Assembly: GCA_964386725.1 (NCBI GenBank)
Contig: CAYLTX010000024.1
Coordinates: 1 to 24,253 of the forward strand
Direction: 5' to 3'
Length of the DNA: 24,253 nucleotides
Source of the DNA: an uncultured Bradymonadales bacterium
GTDB lineage: Bacteria; Myxococcota_A; Bradymonadia; Bradymonadales; Bradymonadaceae
The notes under the pieces were generated by a model, which saw nothing but the letters and a program-made list of their open reading frames with translations, did no database searches and was not told where the DNA came from. A program made the position numbers and the translations under genes. How positions within the stretch are numbered: the stretch's first letter is position 1; every line of letters starts with the position of its first letter. Positions 23,446-24,253 of the stretch are shown one piece after another.

Positions 23446-24078
23446 TCACCAGCTCAGCGAAAAGCTCGCGCCGAGCCCGTCGTCGGTGGCAGTGGGGCTG
23501 AGCGCGAAGGCGGTGTCGTCGTCGCGCGGGGCGCCGGCGACCTCGGGGCGCGTCCAGAGGTCGTAGATCTCGCTGACACGCAACACGCCATAGGCGACGG
23601 CGCCGCTGATCATCATCGCCTCATTCATGCGTTGGTCGGCCTCAGACGAGCGGCTGGTGCGATCATCATCGGCGCTGTGCGGCAGATTATCGAGGCTGCG
23701 GACCAGGCCGATGAACATCACAGTGGCGCTCATCGCCTCGCCGACCGTATAGAACCAGCCGGTGGTGCCCCATTCGCCGACGATGGCGTGGCCGATGCCG
23801 AGTCCGTAGTACGAGCCGACCAGGCCACCCAACACGTAGCGAGTCTTGGAGATTGGCTGCTTTTTGTCCCGGACGACCGGCGATGTCGAGGCGCGCCAGC
23901 GCGAGTCTTGTCGGGGCTGGTCGTCTTGTCGGGGCTGGTCGTCTTCGCCAGCTTGCTGCTCGACCGGTGGTGGCGGAGCCGGCGGCTCGGCGCCGGCCGC
24001 CGGCGCCCACGCCATCGCCGCCAGGGCCACCACGACCGCCCACACACCAGTCGCTTTTTGAAAATAGTTTGCTATCAC
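23446..24078 (-). CDS. Secreted or membrane glycine-zipper protein with a Pro-rich linker and a duplicated DDQPRQ motif. It uses a GTG start.
   Basis: The RBS AGGAGA lies 7 nt upstream of the GTG. The N-terminus is hydrophobic (GVWAVVVALAAMAWAPAAGA) and is followed by PPAPPPPVEQQ. The Gly-zipper segment is YVLGGLVGSYYGLGIGHAIVGEWGTTGWFYTVGEAMSATVMFIGLV. An 18-bp tandem duplication lies at 23906-23941. Confidence 0.5.
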   Translation of the reverse strand: MIANYFQKATGVWAVVVALAAMAWAPAAGAEPPAPPPPVEQQAGEDDQPRQDDQPRQDSRWRASTSPVVRDKKQPISKTRYVLGGLVGSYYGLGIGHAIVGEWGTTGWFYTVGEAMSATVMFIGLVRSLDNLPHSADDDRTSRSSEADQRMNEAMMISGAVAYGVLRVSEIYDLWTRPEVAGAPRDDDTAFALSPTATDDGLGASFSLSW

Positions 24079-24253
24079 CGTCGATCTCCTGTGGAACTCT
24101 CCACTCTACAAGCAGAAGAGATTGCATCAATCGTGCCATCACTCGACCCGCGGCGAGTGCTTTCAGCCAGCGGCACAGCGCAGCTCGAGGCAGACATTCG
24201 CGCCCCATACTTGGAGCAACCATGCTCCATTCACAGCAGCACCAAGAACCAAG

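Noticed and set aside
24222-24253. ATG-initiated plus-strand reading frame (MLHSQQHQEP...) running off the right edge
   Set aside because: Only 10 codons are visible, with no RBS assessment possible. That is insufficient to call a gene.

Overview
This is a high-GC (~68%) bacterial chromosomal window. The gene content, acidic proteome and a STAND-type Ser/Thr kinase suggest a Myxococcota or Bradymonadia-like lineage, but that is inference only. From left to right the window contains: (1) the 3' part of an IS66-family transposase running off the left edge; (2) a small orphan CRISPR array with type I-E-like 29-bp repeats and 32-bp spacers, with no cas genes in the window; (3) a ~680-bp GC-depressed, hairpin-dense non-coding island bracketed by perfect 26-bp direct repeats; (4) a 1241-aa Ser/Thr kinase + P-loop NTPase + TPR protein on the minus strand; (5) a divergent bacteriophytochrome operon (heme oxygenase bphO, bacteriophytochrome kinase bphP with an odd tandem-repeat insertion in the PHY tongue, and a hybrid receiver/histidine kinase); (6) an SDR oxidoreductase; (7) a 2.4-kb cassette (lipoprotein, GyrI-like protein, HepT/MntA toxin-antitoxin pair) bracketed by two copies of a ~270-bp palindrome-containing dispersed repeat; (8) a minus-strand cluster with two small secreted proteins, an NfeD/YqiJ-like membrane protein, a long flotillin and a translationally coupled 1789-aa coiled-coil protein with a C-terminal AAA+ (AAA_5/MoxR-like) ATPase. 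Many long ORFs in the six-frame track are antisense or alternate-frame artefacts of the high GC content and were rejected. All domain calls come from reading the translated motifs, not from any database search.
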